This document shows, in pieces, positions 47,850 through 56,831 of a stretch of DNA of 64,000 nt. The translations under genes and the position numbers were made by a program. How positions within the stretch are numbered: the first letter of the stretch is position 1; each line of letters begins with the position of its first letter. The notes beneath the pieces were generated by a model. That model did no database searches and was not told the origin of the DNA. It saw only the letters and a program-made list of their open reading frames with translations. Source of the stretch: Candidatus Bathyarchaeia archaeon (GTDB lineage: Archaea; Thermoproteota; Bathyarchaeia; Bathyarchaeales; Bathycorpusculaceae); assembly GCA_038728085.1 (NCBI GenBank), contig JAVYUU010000004.1, forward strand, positions 20,674-84,673, read 5' to 3'.

Positions 47850-48557
47850 ATGCCCTCCCCACTGCAGCCAGAGTTCTTCGTATTGGTAGGCATAGACCTA
47901 TTCCTAGCCATGAGCCTCCTCACATGCCTATTAGACCGCCACTTCCCATGGCAGCTTCCCTACGTCTATCAGCTTGCCGCCCTAGCCGGTTTTGGACATC
48001 TCCTTGTAAGCCGAGAATTCATGATGGCCTTCGGCGAGTACATGCGTTTCTGGTACAGCCTCCTATATTTGGCGATAGCCCTAGCCAACATCATAGCCCT
48101 AAACATCTACCTAGGCATGGTTAAGAGGCTCATGAACTACGCCAGAATCTTCATGGCAACCGTCACAATCCCATCGCTAACCCTCGCAGTTTTCTTCCTA
48201 TCCAACTATGCAGAAGTAGCCGCCCACCCCCTGGTCATGATTCCTCAAATGGGCTGGGAAGCCACCTTCGTGGGCATAGTGGCCTTCGACACCCTCGTAG
48301 TGGGGCTGGGCACATATGTATTCTTCAAACCACGATGGTGGTACATAGCCCTAGGCGCAGGCACCATAATAGCCGCAGCAGCAGCCTACGCCATATACAA
48401 ACCCACGTGGGGAGAGGCAGCCTTCATCGCATCCGCCACAGCCCTAGCAATAGCCTGCGCCGTAGTCCTAGCCCTAAGCCTCTACATCCTCGTAAAAATC
48501 TGGATAGAAACCCTAAAAGAAAGGAAAAAACGAAAAGGAGGTGAAAACACAAAATGA
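47850..48557 (+). CDS. hypothetical polytopic membrane protein
   Basis: The 235-aa ORF has about 7 hydrophobic helices and a Lys/Arg/Glu tail. Its stop overlaps the next start (ATGA). Confidence 0.6.
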   Translation: MPSPLQPEFFVLVGIDLFLAMSLLTCLLDRHFPWQLPYVYQLAALAGFGHLLVSREFMMAFGEYMRFWYSLLYLAIALANIIALNIYLGMVKRLMNYARIFMATVTIPSLTLAVFFLSNYAEVAAHPLVMIPQMGWEATFVGIVAFDTLVVGLGTYVFFKPRWWYIALGAGTIIAAAAAYAIYKPTWGEAAFIASATALAIACAVVLALSLYILVKIWIETLKERKKRKGGENTK

Positions 48558-49069
48558 AAACAAACTACAAGAAAATACTAAAATTTGTAACGTTGCTAGC
48601 ATCAACATTGCTCATTGGAACAGCGAGCGCCGCAGTGTATAGGTACATGTACATAGAGGGTACTATTACGGTCGGTAAGCCTTTACTTGTATGGATAAAA
48701 GGTGAGGACGTAACATCCCAGATTGTTGGCAGTACAGCAATCTTGGATGTAAATGTAGAAAAAGACCGTCCACAAAACTTTACAAATGCTTTGTATCTAA
48801 AAAACAATGCTACATACTCGGTAAACGTCAACTACAAAATAACTATTTTAACGTCTCTCTCGAGCTCTGATTTTGAAGTGGCTAAGATACACATATACAC
48901 AAATGCGTCTGGAATTTGGGAATACCTAAATACTCTTGACCTAACAAATTCTGCGGACTACTATCAAGGCGTATTGGAGCAAGGCAAATACCTACGTCTT
49001 TCAATCGAAGTAAAGGCAACTGCAGAAGTGGCAAAGTCATTCAAAGTTCAAGTAGAATACTGGACATAA
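48554..49069 (+). CDS. hypothetical secreted protein (TasA/DUF1102-like signal peptide impression)
   Basis: It has an N-terminal signal peptide (MKTNYKKILKFVTLLASTLLIGTASAAVY) followed by a beta-rich, Asn/Thr-rich domain. The gene is markedly AT-rich. Confidence 0.55.
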   Translation: MKTNYKKILKFVTLLASTLLIGTASAAVYRYMYIEGTITVGKPLLVWIKGEDVTSQIVGSTAILDVNVEKDRPQNFTNALYLKNNATYSVNVNYKITILTSLSSSDFEVAKIHIYTNASGIWEYLNTLDLTNSADYYQGVLEQGKYLRLSIEVKATAEVAKSFKVQVEYWT

Positions 49070-49223
49070 TTACTCATCTCTCTTTTTCTAACACTTTTGC
49101 TTCTTTATTGTTAACAAGGTTGGATGGAACATTTTGTAATCGTAAACTCGTTCTCTGCCAAAGTTTAAATTTGAGGGGTAATATGTATCATTCGGTTTGG
49201 CACATCTGGATGGTGAATAACGA

Positions 49224-50501
49224 ATGGGCAAGTCGTCTTTGTTTTCGGGTTTTTATCGGCTTAGTCCAAAGGAGCGTTTGGCGTTTGTTAAGGAGTTTGC
49301 TGGTTTGACTGATGAGGAGTGTGCTTTGCTGCAGAATACTGGTGGTTTGCCGCTGGAACTGGCTGATCGCATGATAGAGAATGTAGTAGGTGCTTTTCCA
49401 GTGCCGCTTGGAATTGCCGTGAACTTCCTCATTAATGGGCGGGACTATTTGATTCCTATGGCGATTGAGGAGCCTTCTGTGGTGGCTGCGGCTAGTTATG
49501 CGGCTAAAATGGTGCGGGAGGGCGGGGGCTTCCACACAAGCAGCACTCCACCAATAATGATTGGACAGGTGCAGGTGGTTCGCGTTAAAGACCCTTACGC
49601 TGCTAGGCTTCGCGTTTTAGAGGCTAAGGACGAGATTTTGAAGAAGGCGAATGAGCAGGACCCGGTGTTGGTTTCGGTTGGCGGCGGAGCCAAAGACCTA
49701 GACGCCAAAGTCATTCACACTGTGCATGGGCCGATGGTTATTGTGGAGTTGCATGTGGACGTCCGGGACGCTATGGGCGCTAACGCTGTGAACACCATGT
49801 GCGAGGCTGTTGCCCCGCTGGTTGAGCGGATCACCGGAGGCCGCGTTTATCTGCGAATAATCTCGAATCTAGCGGTTAAACGTCTAGCCAGAGCATGGTG
49901 TGTCGTGCCCAAGGAGGCTGTTGGCGGCGAGGAGGTTGTGGACGGCATCGTGAACGCTTGGGCTTTCGCCGCTGCTGATCCATTTAGGGCTGCCACGCAT
50001 AATAAGGGGATTATGAATGGCATAATTGCCGTTGTAATCGCCACATGCAATGATCATCGCGCCGTGGAGGCTGGCGCCCACGCGTATGCTGCCCGAAGCG
50101 GCCACTACACAACACTTTCCACATGGGAGAAAAACGAGAACGGCGACTTGGTTGGATCCATTGAGCTGCCTATGGCTGTTGGCATAATAGGTGGGGCGGT
50201 GCGAACCCATCCCGTAGCCAAAATCTGCCTAAAAATCTTGGGCGTGAAGACGGCCAACGAATTCGCCGAAGTCTTGGCGGCGGTGGGCCTAGCCCAAAAC
50301 CTAGCCGCCTTAAGAGCCCTAGCCCAGGAGGGTATCCAGCGAGGTCACATGGAGCTTCACGCCCGAAACATCGCCATCATGGCGGGTGCCACAGGCGAGC
50401 TGATAGACCTAGTTGCCCAGAAAATGGTTGAGGAACGCAAAATCCGCATGGACAGAGCCAAAGAACTCATCGAACAGTATAAGGCAACGGGAAAAATCTA
50501 A
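49224..50501 (+). CDS. hmgA: hydroxymethylglutaryl-CoA reductase, class II
   Basis: MIENVVGAFPVPLGIAVNFLINGRDYLIPMAIEEPSVVAAASYAAKM, VDVRDAMGANAVNTM, ATHNKGIMNG and GIQRGHMELHARNIA are class II (Pseudomonas mevalonii-type) signatures. Confidence 0.9.
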   Translation: MGKSSLFSGFYRLSPKERLAFVKEFAGLTDEECALLQNTGGLPLELADRMIENVVGAFPVPLGIAVNFLINGRDYLIPMAIEEPSVVAAASYAAKMVREGGGFHTSSTPPIMIGQVQVVRVKDPYAARLRVLEAKDEILKKANEQDPVLVSVGGGAKDLDAKVIHTVHGPMVIVELHVDVRDAMGANAVNTMCEAVAPLVERITGGRVYLRIISNLAVKRLARAWCVVPKEAVGGEEVVDGIVNAWAFAAADPFRAATHNKGIMNGIIAVVIATCNDHRAVEAGAHAYAARSGHYTTLSTWEKNENGDLVGSIELPMAVGIIGGAVRTHPVAKICLKILGVKTANEFAEVLAAVGLAQNLAALRALAQEGIQRGHMELHARNIAIMAGATGELIDLVAQKMVEERKIRMDRAKELIEQYKATGKI

Positions 50502-50536
50502 AAGACGCGCTCGCCGCATTAAGAAGCGGCGGTACA

Positions 50537-51421
50537 ATGAAGATTCTCCCCGGACCAGCCTCCAAAGAGCTCGGCGAAAAAATAGCCAGCCTCCTAGGCC
50601 TGGAGCCAACCTCCGTCTTTTTTAAGGCTTTTCCAGACGGTGAATCCTACGTGAGGATTGAAGGCTCTGTTGATGGTGAAACCGCAGTTATTGTGCAGAC
50701 CACAAGCCCTCCGCAAGATCAGCGGCTTATCCAGTTAGCTTTGATGGCGGATGCCGCTAAAAGGAACAACGCTAAAACCGTTGTGGCCGTTGTGCCCTAT
50801 TTGGCTTATGCCCGCCAAGACAAGATTTTCCTCAAGGGCGAACCAATAAGCATAGAGGCCATTGCAAGAATGCTGAAGGCTGCAGGTGTCGACAGCTTAA
50901 TTACCGTAAACATCCACGAGAAGAACGTGCTGGCAAGGTTCCCCTTTCCAGCTAAAAACCTTTCAGCTATACCACTTCTAGCGGAGCACCTCAAACAGAG
51001 AGGTTTCAAGGATTCATTTGCACTCGCTCCGGATAAGGGCGCCGTGGGCATAGTTCAAGAAGCCTCCATGGTTCTGGGCTGTGATTGCGGCTATTTGGAA
51101 AAGCAAAGGGACCGCTATACTGGGCTGGTAAGCGTGGAAAAAAGGGAATTCAACGTTAAGGGCAAAGCGGTCATAATTTTCGATGACATCATTAGCACCG
51201 GCGGAACCATCGTGGCAGCTGCAAACCTCCTTTACGAGCTTGGAGCCACGGAAGTTTACGCTGCGTGTGTGCATCCACTGCTGGTGGGGGAAGCTGAAAA
51301 ACGCTTGCGGGAAGCCGGCGTTAAAGAGGTTATTGGAACAGACAGCGTTCCCAGCCCCGTTAGCAAGGTTTCACTAGCACCGCTCATAGCTCAAGCCCTA
51401 AGGGAGCTTCAAAGTGGCTAG
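50537..51421 (+). CDS. prs: ribose-phosphate pyrophosphokinase
   Basis: YLAYARQDK and the PRPP-binding loop VIIFDDIISTGGT are present. Confidence 0.9.
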   Translation: MKILPGPASKELGEKIASLLGLEPTSVFFKAFPDGESYVRIEGSVDGETAVIVQTTSPPQDQRLIQLALMADAAKRNNAKTVVAVVPYLAYARQDKIFLKGEPISIEAIARMLKAAGVDSLITVNIHEKNVLARFPFPAKNLSAIPLLAEHLKQRGFKDSFALAPDKGAVGIVQEASMVLGCDCGYLEKQRDRYTGLVSVEKREFNVKGKAVIIFDDIISTGGTIVAAANLLYELGATEVYAACVHPLLVGEAEKRLREAGVKEVIGTDSVPSPVSKVSLAPLIAQALRELQSG

Positions 51422-52451
51422 GCTCTTCTTCCTCTTGTCAGGCGAGCATGAAACCCTGCCCGCCGCTGAGCTAAAAGCTATCTTGGAGGCTGAAGGCTAT
51501 GCCTATGCAGTTCTGGAGAAGCTTGATCAGGTTTTGAGGGTTGAAGCCGACGCGAAGTGTGTGGAAGCCGTTAAGAGGCGGGCAGCCCTAACAAGGCTTT
51601 GCGCATTAGAGCTCTTCACATGCGAGGCTGACTCCAGCGAGGCTGTTAAGGCCCTCCGTGCAGTAAACGTCAGCGCCTTTCTGGAGAAGGGCGAAAGCTT
51701 CGCAGTACGCATAAAACACGTGAAAAACCATGCTAAGCATGTAGATGGATTGATTTTGGAGCGGAAACTCGGCGAAATAATCCTAGGCATGGCTGAAAAA
51801 GCCAAAGTAAACCTTCAAGCACCGCAGAAAACTTTTACGGGAATACTAACAGACAACAAGCTTGTTTTCGGCTTGAGGCTGACAGAGATCCCGCCAAAAC
51901 CCTTCATGGAGAGACGCCCAAAAAATAGGCCCTTCTTCCACCCCTCAGCCATGCATCCGAAACTGGCAAGATGCATGGTGAACCTAGCTAGGCCGAAGGC
52001 TGGCGAGCTGGTTTTTGACCCTTTTTGCGGAACAGGGAGCATGCTGATCGAGGCGGCGCTGATAGGCTGCCGTGTCCTAGGCACCGACATTCAGAGGCGA
52101 ATGGTGAAAGGATGCAAATCTAACCTCGCCTATTACGGCATAAAACCCGAAGGGCTTATTGTGGCGGACGCCAAAAACCCGCCAATGGCCAAAGTGGACT
52201 GTGTTGTGGCGGATCCGCCCTACGGGAAAAGCGCCACAACCCTCAAGCGGGCAACAAAACAGATAGTTGAAGAATGCCTAAGCGCTGTCCGAGACATGCT
52301 CAGCGAAGGCGGGCACGTGTGTATGGCGGCGCCAAAAACAGTGAGCATAAGCCAAATAGGCAAAGCGTTAGGCTACAAGCACGTGGAATCTCACATAGTC
52401 TACATACATAGAAGCCTAACCCGCGAAATCGCAGTATTCGAGAAAATTTAA
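51414..52451 (+). CDS. trm11: tRNA (guanine(10)-N2)-methyltransferase, THUMP + class I MTase (Trm11/Trm-G10)
   Basis: An N-terminal THUMP-like region (FFLLSGEHETLPAAELKAILE) is followed by FDPFCGTGSMLIEA and DPPYG motifs. Confidence 0.8.
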   Translation: MARLFFLLSGEHETLPAAELKAILEAEGYAYAVLEKLDQVLRVEADAKCVEAVKRRAALTRLCALELFTCEADSSEAVKALRAVNVSAFLEKGESFAVRIKHVKNHAKHVDGLILERKLGEIILGMAEKAKVNLQAPQKTFTGILTDNKLVFGLRLTEIPPKPFMERRPKNRPFFHPSAMHPKLARCMVNLARPKAGELVFDPFCGTGSMLIEAALIGCRVLGTDIQRRMVKGCKSNLAYYGIKPEGLIVADAKNPPMAKVDCVVADPPYGKSATTLKRATKQIVEECLSAVRDMLSEGGHVCMAAPKTVSISQIGKALGYKHVESHIVYIHRSLTREIAVFEKI

Positions 52452-52511
52452 CGTTTAGAAGGGTTATTGCCTTACCTTGGCTTAATAATATTCTTAACAG
52501 CTTTGACTCAA

Positions 52512-52780
52512 ATGGTTAAGGCACGACGAAAGAGGCTTTTAACCAGTGGGCTTTACTCGGTTGTCAGACACCCCAATACCTCGGAATTATTGTTATGACT
52601 TTAGGGTCAACCATAATGTCCATACAATGGTCAGAACTGACATCTAGCGTTGTTTTAATGTGGCTCGCTGAAGTTTTCGGCTACGTTTTGTTGGCAAGCT
52701 ACGAAGAGCGCTACCTATTAAGCGAGCTTGAAAAGACTATCAACAATACAAACAAAAAGTTCCATTTATTTTCCCAGTAA
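52512..52780 (+). pseudogene. remnant of an isoprenylcysteine carboxyl methyltransferase (ICMT/PEMT)-family gene, N-terminally truncated and frameshifted in a C4 run (52571-52574)
   Basis: RRKRLLTSGLYSVVRHP in one frame continues as QYLGIIVMTLGS...SYEERYLLSE in the frame of the listed 52595 ORF. This matches the LxTxGxYxxxRHPxYxG...EE motif. The usual N-terminal TM half is absent, because the trm11 stop lies immediately upstream in the same frame. Confidence 0.65.
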
Positions 52781-52837
52781 GAGTAAGCAAAATGCCCGAA
52801 CCAGTTCTCACATTAATAATAGTACTTAACAATATCT

Positions 52838-53215
52838 TTAATGCTTACACTCATATAAACTCGCATACAAGGCTATTATGGATATTGTTGGTACGATTAG
52901 GCCGATGGCAGCAGTAAATTGTATCGTTAATCCCCATAAGTCGAAAGCGATGGTTGCAAAACTAGCCAGCATTGCACTCCAAAAACCCCACTTCTGTCCC
53001 GCCAATAAGCCAAGGGCAGCGATGAGCCCCAAAACACCCAGAAGCAGAAACATGGCAAAGAGTATGGCCGAGGTCATTGGCGAGATAGGTATGTCCAAAA
53101 ACTGGCCCATCCCCTCTGGTGTTCCGACTGCTGCAAAGCAAAGTCTGCCTACAGACTGAACAATCCATAAAAAGCTGACAAAAACCACTATCTTGTCCCT
53201 TGCCATGGAAGTCAC
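52838..53215 (-). CDS. hypothetical membrane protein
   Basis: The 125-aa ORF has 4 hydrophobic helices and overlaps the upstream flavodoxin stop by 4 nt. Confidence 0.5.
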   Translation of the reverse strand: MTSMARDKIVVFVSFLWIVQSVGRLCFAAVGTPEGMGQFLDIPISPMTSAILFAMFLLLGVLGLIAALGLLAGQKWGFWSAMLASFATIAFDLWGLTIQFTAAIGLIVPTISIIALYASLYECKH

Positions 53216-53688
53216 CCTTTTTCATGTTCTCTCTTAAGCTGAATGGCTATGTTCTTACCGAATTCTTTACATTTCGGCAGTTCATCTTCTAGGATGGGGC
53301 CCTTAATTCCCTTAACTTTTATTGATAAGCCAGCAACTACGCGTTTAAAGTCCGGAGCCTTTTCGCTTATGTGCTTTTCCATTTTCTTAACCGCCTTCTT
53401 GAAGTCCCCACCCATAAAAGTGTCAAAAACAGCATACCTCCTTCCCTCCAATCTTAATCCCCCAAGCCTGTCGATGAAGCCTCTAATGCCTCTTGTAGGT
53501 CCGCCGACGTGATTTGGAGAACCAATCAATATCGCGTCAAATAGGGAAATTTCATTTAAGTCTACATCCTTCACCTCTCTTAGAGAAACATCAATTCCAT
53601 CGTTTTCCTTTATTCCCTCGGTGATGGATTCTGCCACGCGTTTGGTGTTGCCATAACGCGATTCAAAAACTATAAGCACTTTCGCCAT
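53212..53688 (-). CDS. flavodoxin-like protein
   Basis: MAKVLIVFESRYGNTKRVAESI and ILIGSPNHVGGP are flavodoxin-fold FMN-binding motifs. Confidence 0.8.
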   Translation of the reverse strand: MAKVLIVFESRYGNTKRVAESITEGIKENDGIDVSLREVKDVDLNEISLFDAILIGSPNHVGGPTRGIRGFIDRLGGLRLEGRRYAVFDTFMGGDFKKAVKKMEKHISEKAPDFKRVVAGLSIKVKGIKGPILEDELPKCKEFGKNIAIQLKREHEKG

Positions 53689-53829
53689 GAATAACCAAAT
53701 CCACTAATATGTTCTCCACCAGCCTTTTAAGGCTTGTGGACCAACATGGAGTTTTACCATACTGTGATCTCGGAAAGCATAAAGGCTAACAAGGATATGC
53801 TGTATACTCTAAACGGTGCAGTGCGCCTC

Positions 53830-54753
53830 ATGGACTTAAAAGTTATCTTTTTAGGCACGGCTGGAAGCGTTCCAACACCAAAAAGGAGTTTGCCAGCTAT
53901 CCTAGTGAAGCGTAAGGGCGAGCAGTTGCTTTTTGATTGCGGTGAGGGCGTGCAGAGGCAGATGGTGATGGCCAATGCTAGCTTCCACAAGCCTACGAGG
54001 GTTTTCGTTACACACATGCATGGCGACCACGTTTTAGGCCTGCCGGGGCTAATGCAGACCATGGCTTTGCATGATCGGGACAAGCCGCTCATCGTTTATG
54101 GGCCTCCTGGAATAGGGAGGTTTATCGAGTGTATTCGGGAAACAGTGCAGTTTGCCCTAACCTTTCCCATAGAAGTCCACGAAGTCAGCGAGGCCGGCGT
54201 GGTGTGCGAAACCCTAGAATACACGGTTCAAGCAGTTTGGGCGAATCATGTAACGCCAAGCCTAGCCTACGCTCTAGTGGAGAAGCCTCGCCCCGGAAAA
54301 TTTTATCCGGAGAAGGCTAAAGCCTTAGGGGTTCCGGAAGGCCCCTTGTGGGGACAGTTGCAGCGGGGAAAAGCCGTCCAACTTCCAGATGGCAGAATCA
54401 TAAAGCCCGAAGATGTTTTAGGTATACCGAGACCTGGAAGGAAGATTGTTTATACTGGCGACACTAGGCCCTTTGAAGGTTTAGTTGAGTTTGCAGCCAA
54501 TGCAGACCTGCTTATTCATGACGCCACCTTGGGCGACGAGCTGGCTGATAGAGCCGCTGAGGATGGGCATTCAACGCCGAGTCAGGCAGCTGAAACAGCC
54601 AAGAAAGCAGGCGCCAAAAAGCTTGTTTTAACCCATATTAGTGCAAGGTATGAGGATGCTTCCACGCTTTTGGAGCAAGCCCGCAGAATTTTCGAGAACA
54701 CCATTGTGGCTGAAGATTTATTAGCTGTTGATGTTCCATTCTCAAGCGAGTAA
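53830..54753 (+). CDS. rnz: ribonuclease Z (tRNA 3' endonuclease)
   Basis: MDLKVIFLGTAGSVPTPKRSLPAILV, THMHGDHVLGLPGLMQTM and the HST...THIS tail are present. The start is set at the internal Met 53830. Confidence 0.85.
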   Translation: MDLKVIFLGTAGSVPTPKRSLPAILVKRKGEQLLFDCGEGVQRQMVMANASFHKPTRVFVTHMHGDHVLGLPGLMQTMALHDRDKPLIVYGPPGIGRFIECIRETVQFALTFPIEVHEVSEAGVVCETLEYTVQAVWANHVTPSLAYALVEKPRPGKFYPEKAKALGVPEGPLWGQLQRGKAVQLPDGRIIKPEDVLGIPRPGRKIVYTGDTRPFEGLVEFAANADLLIHDATLGDELADRAAEDGHSTPSQAAETAKKAGAKKLVLTHISARYEDASTLLEQARRIFENTIVAEDLLAVDVPFSSE

Positions 54754-55524
54754 AGCCTTAAGCCTTTCAACGCTTTCTTGAACATGCTCCACGGACTCGA
54801 CAACCACTGTTTTGTTGTAGCCGATTTGCCTCAAAACTTCAGCGAATTTTTCCCAGTCCACTGTTCCACGGCCGACGCCTAAATGCTCATCCTCCCTTCC
54901 GTTGTTGTCGTGGGCATGAATGTGCACAATCTTGTCGGGAAAGGTTTTTAGGAAAAGCTCAATCTGCCCGTTGAGGTTGGCGTGTCCCACGTCGAAGGCT
55001 AGACCGATATCCTCGCTAACCTCCGCATAGAACCTTTTGAAGTGCTCCACGCTCTTCATTAGGAAGGGATAGGGCTCCGGAACGTTTTCGATGACTATCC
55101 TCACACCGTGTTCTTCGGCGATTCTGTAAAGGGCCTTTGCGGTTTCACGGTTCTGAATCCAATCTACCCCGGGATAGAACATGCTTATGCCCGTTTTCAG
55201 CCCCGGATGGAAAACCCAGACATCCGCCTCTAGTAGGCTTGAAAGCCTCATGGACTTTTCCAGCCGCTTAATCATGGCATTCAACATGCATTTAGAGGGC
55301 GAGGCAATGTTTATGTCTGCGAAGGGCGCATGGATCGAAAAATGTAGATTATAGCTTTCTCCAATCTCCTTAAGTTTTAAGGCTCTCCTCCTGTTTAGGG
55401 TATGTAAGCCGTCATCCACAATTTCCACGTGGTTGATGGTCATGTTTTTTAGGGCTTTAACTGCCTTTTCGAAGGGCTCGCTCAGACAGTGGAGCATTGA
55501 AACTCCGACTTCTATCTTGGCCAA
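54742..55524 (-). CDS. sugar phosphate isomerase/epimerase (xylose isomerase-like TIM barrel)
   Basis: The 260-aa ORF carries the FHPG, IENV, DVGHANL and HAHDN metal-ligand pattern of the AP-endonuclease-2/TIM barrel family. Confidence 0.75.
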   Translation of the reverse strand: MAKIEVGVSMLHCLSEPFEKAVKALKNMTINHVEIVDDGLHTLNRRRALKLKEIGESYNLHFSIHAPFADINIASPSKCMLNAMIKRLEKSMRLSSLLEADVWVFHPGLKTGISMFYPGVDWIQNRETAKALYRIAEEHGVRIVIENVPEPYPFLMKSVEHFKRFYAEVSEDIGLAFDVGHANLNGQIELFLKTFPDKIVHIHAHDNNGREDEHLGVGRGTVDWEKFAEVLRQIGYNKTVVVESVEHVQESVERLKALLA

Positions 55525-55686
55525 ACAGTTTTCACCGTAATTCGGTAATGGCTTATTTTCTCCTTTTATAGCTTGGGGCGTTATCCCAAAATTCGATTCT
55601 GGTGTTAAGATTTTTGGTGAGCAAAGCTTTTATGGTAGTCATTTTAAGTAGCTACCCAGGGTGGCTATTCGTGCACCCGCCAAGCG

Positions 55687-56531
55687 ATGACCCCACGGGG
55701 AGGGTGCAGCGAGACGTCCAAACAAACTTTTAGACCTCTCAATATTGGGAGGATCTTGGCTTTTAACGAAAACCAAAAGATTTACGGCCTCGCCATAGAA
55801 TCAAAAATTGAACAGGGAAATCTTAGAAAGTTGGCTGAGTTGGCGGATAGCCTTGGCATAATAATCCGATACATCCAGTTTTCCATGGAGGAAACTCACA
55901 AGCCAGCGATAAACGCCATAGCCTTCCTAGACTTTACAAGGGCAAAGGCCACACCGGAGGAAGCTCTAGAAATTCTCACAAACAGCTACGATTTCGTCAA
56001 AAACGCGGAAATAATAAAACCTCAGGGAAAGGGCGTCCTGTTCGACGACTTCTTCTTCCCTCTAGTTGCAGCGGGTGAAAGAGCCGTTGTCTTCAGAAAA
56101 TCTGTTTATAAAGCCCTTATCAACGGTGTAAGGGAAAAGTTTGGAACAGCCGGCGAGGTCATGCTATACTATCAGGGCTTCAGCATAGGCGCTGAAATCT
56201 TCAATCATTACCTGGAAGTGGCAAAGTCCGGCAGGGTTGAAGACTTGGTTGCTGTGGCTAAAGCCATAAACATGACACTAGGCTGGGGTATAATAGACAA
56301 TATATAAGAATAGACCGGAAAAAGGGGCGTGCAAAACTGCGAATCTACCAAAACTTCGAATGCGAGTTAAGTCATGGAAAAGATAAACCTCAAAGCCAGT
56401 TTTACAGAGGCGCCATTGCCGGGGTCTTTGCGCGTTTCTTTGGAAGGGACGTTGAAGTTGAAGAGACGAAATGTATTGCCATGGGCGACCTCTACTGCGA
56501 GTTCGAGGTAAAAGCTAGGGACTCTTCCTAA
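55687..56531 (+). pseudogene. V4R-domain (hydrocarbon/small-molecule binding) protein interrupted by a 2-nt frameshift in a TA repeat (56300-56306)
   Basis: ORF1 ends ...INMTLGWGIIDNI*. The shifted frame continues RIDRKKGRAKLRIYQNFECELSHGKDKPQSQFYRGAIAGVFARFFGRDVEVEETKCIAMGDLYCEFEV, the V4R C-terminal Cys pattern, up to the stop at 56529-56531. Removing one TA restores a 280-aa ORF. The real start may be TTG 55756, which lies after a GGGAGG. Confidence 0.75.
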
Positions 56532-56588
56532 AACTTTTGTATCCACTGCATGTTTTTATGTTGGAAGTGTTGGGGCGCGTAGGCGCCT

Positions 56589-56783
56589 ATGGCCGGTGAA
56601 GGCAAAGGCAAAGTTGTTGATAGAGGTAAGAAATACCATAAAATTTTCATCTATATACCCAAAGAAGTTTCATCGGATACGAGTTTCCCCTTTAAGGTTG
56701 GAGAGGACGTAACCGTGAGAATTGACGGCGAGAGGCTTGTGATAGAGAAACGTCAGCAACAAGTAAGGGCCAACCAGCCTTGA
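56589..56783 (+). CDS. AbrB/SpoVT-like small DNA-binding protein (tentative)
   Basis: The 64-aa ORF contains IFIYIPKEVSSDTSFPFKVGEDVTVRIDGERLVIEK, which resembles a swapped-hairpin barrel. Confidence 0.45.
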   Translation: MAGEGKGKVVDRGKKYHKIFIYIPKEVSSDTSFPFKVGEDVTVRIDGERLVIEKRQQQVRANQP

Positions 56784-56831
56784 AACTGAACATTTATACC
56801 TCCAGCCGCGACTATTTAAACTGGGACGGTT

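Noticed and set aside
55600-55755. GC-rich stretch with GCACCC...GGGTGC complementarity upstream of the V4R gene as a structured RNA
   Set aside because: There is only one short stem, and it overlaps a possible N-terminal coding extension. No recognisable RNA family features are present.
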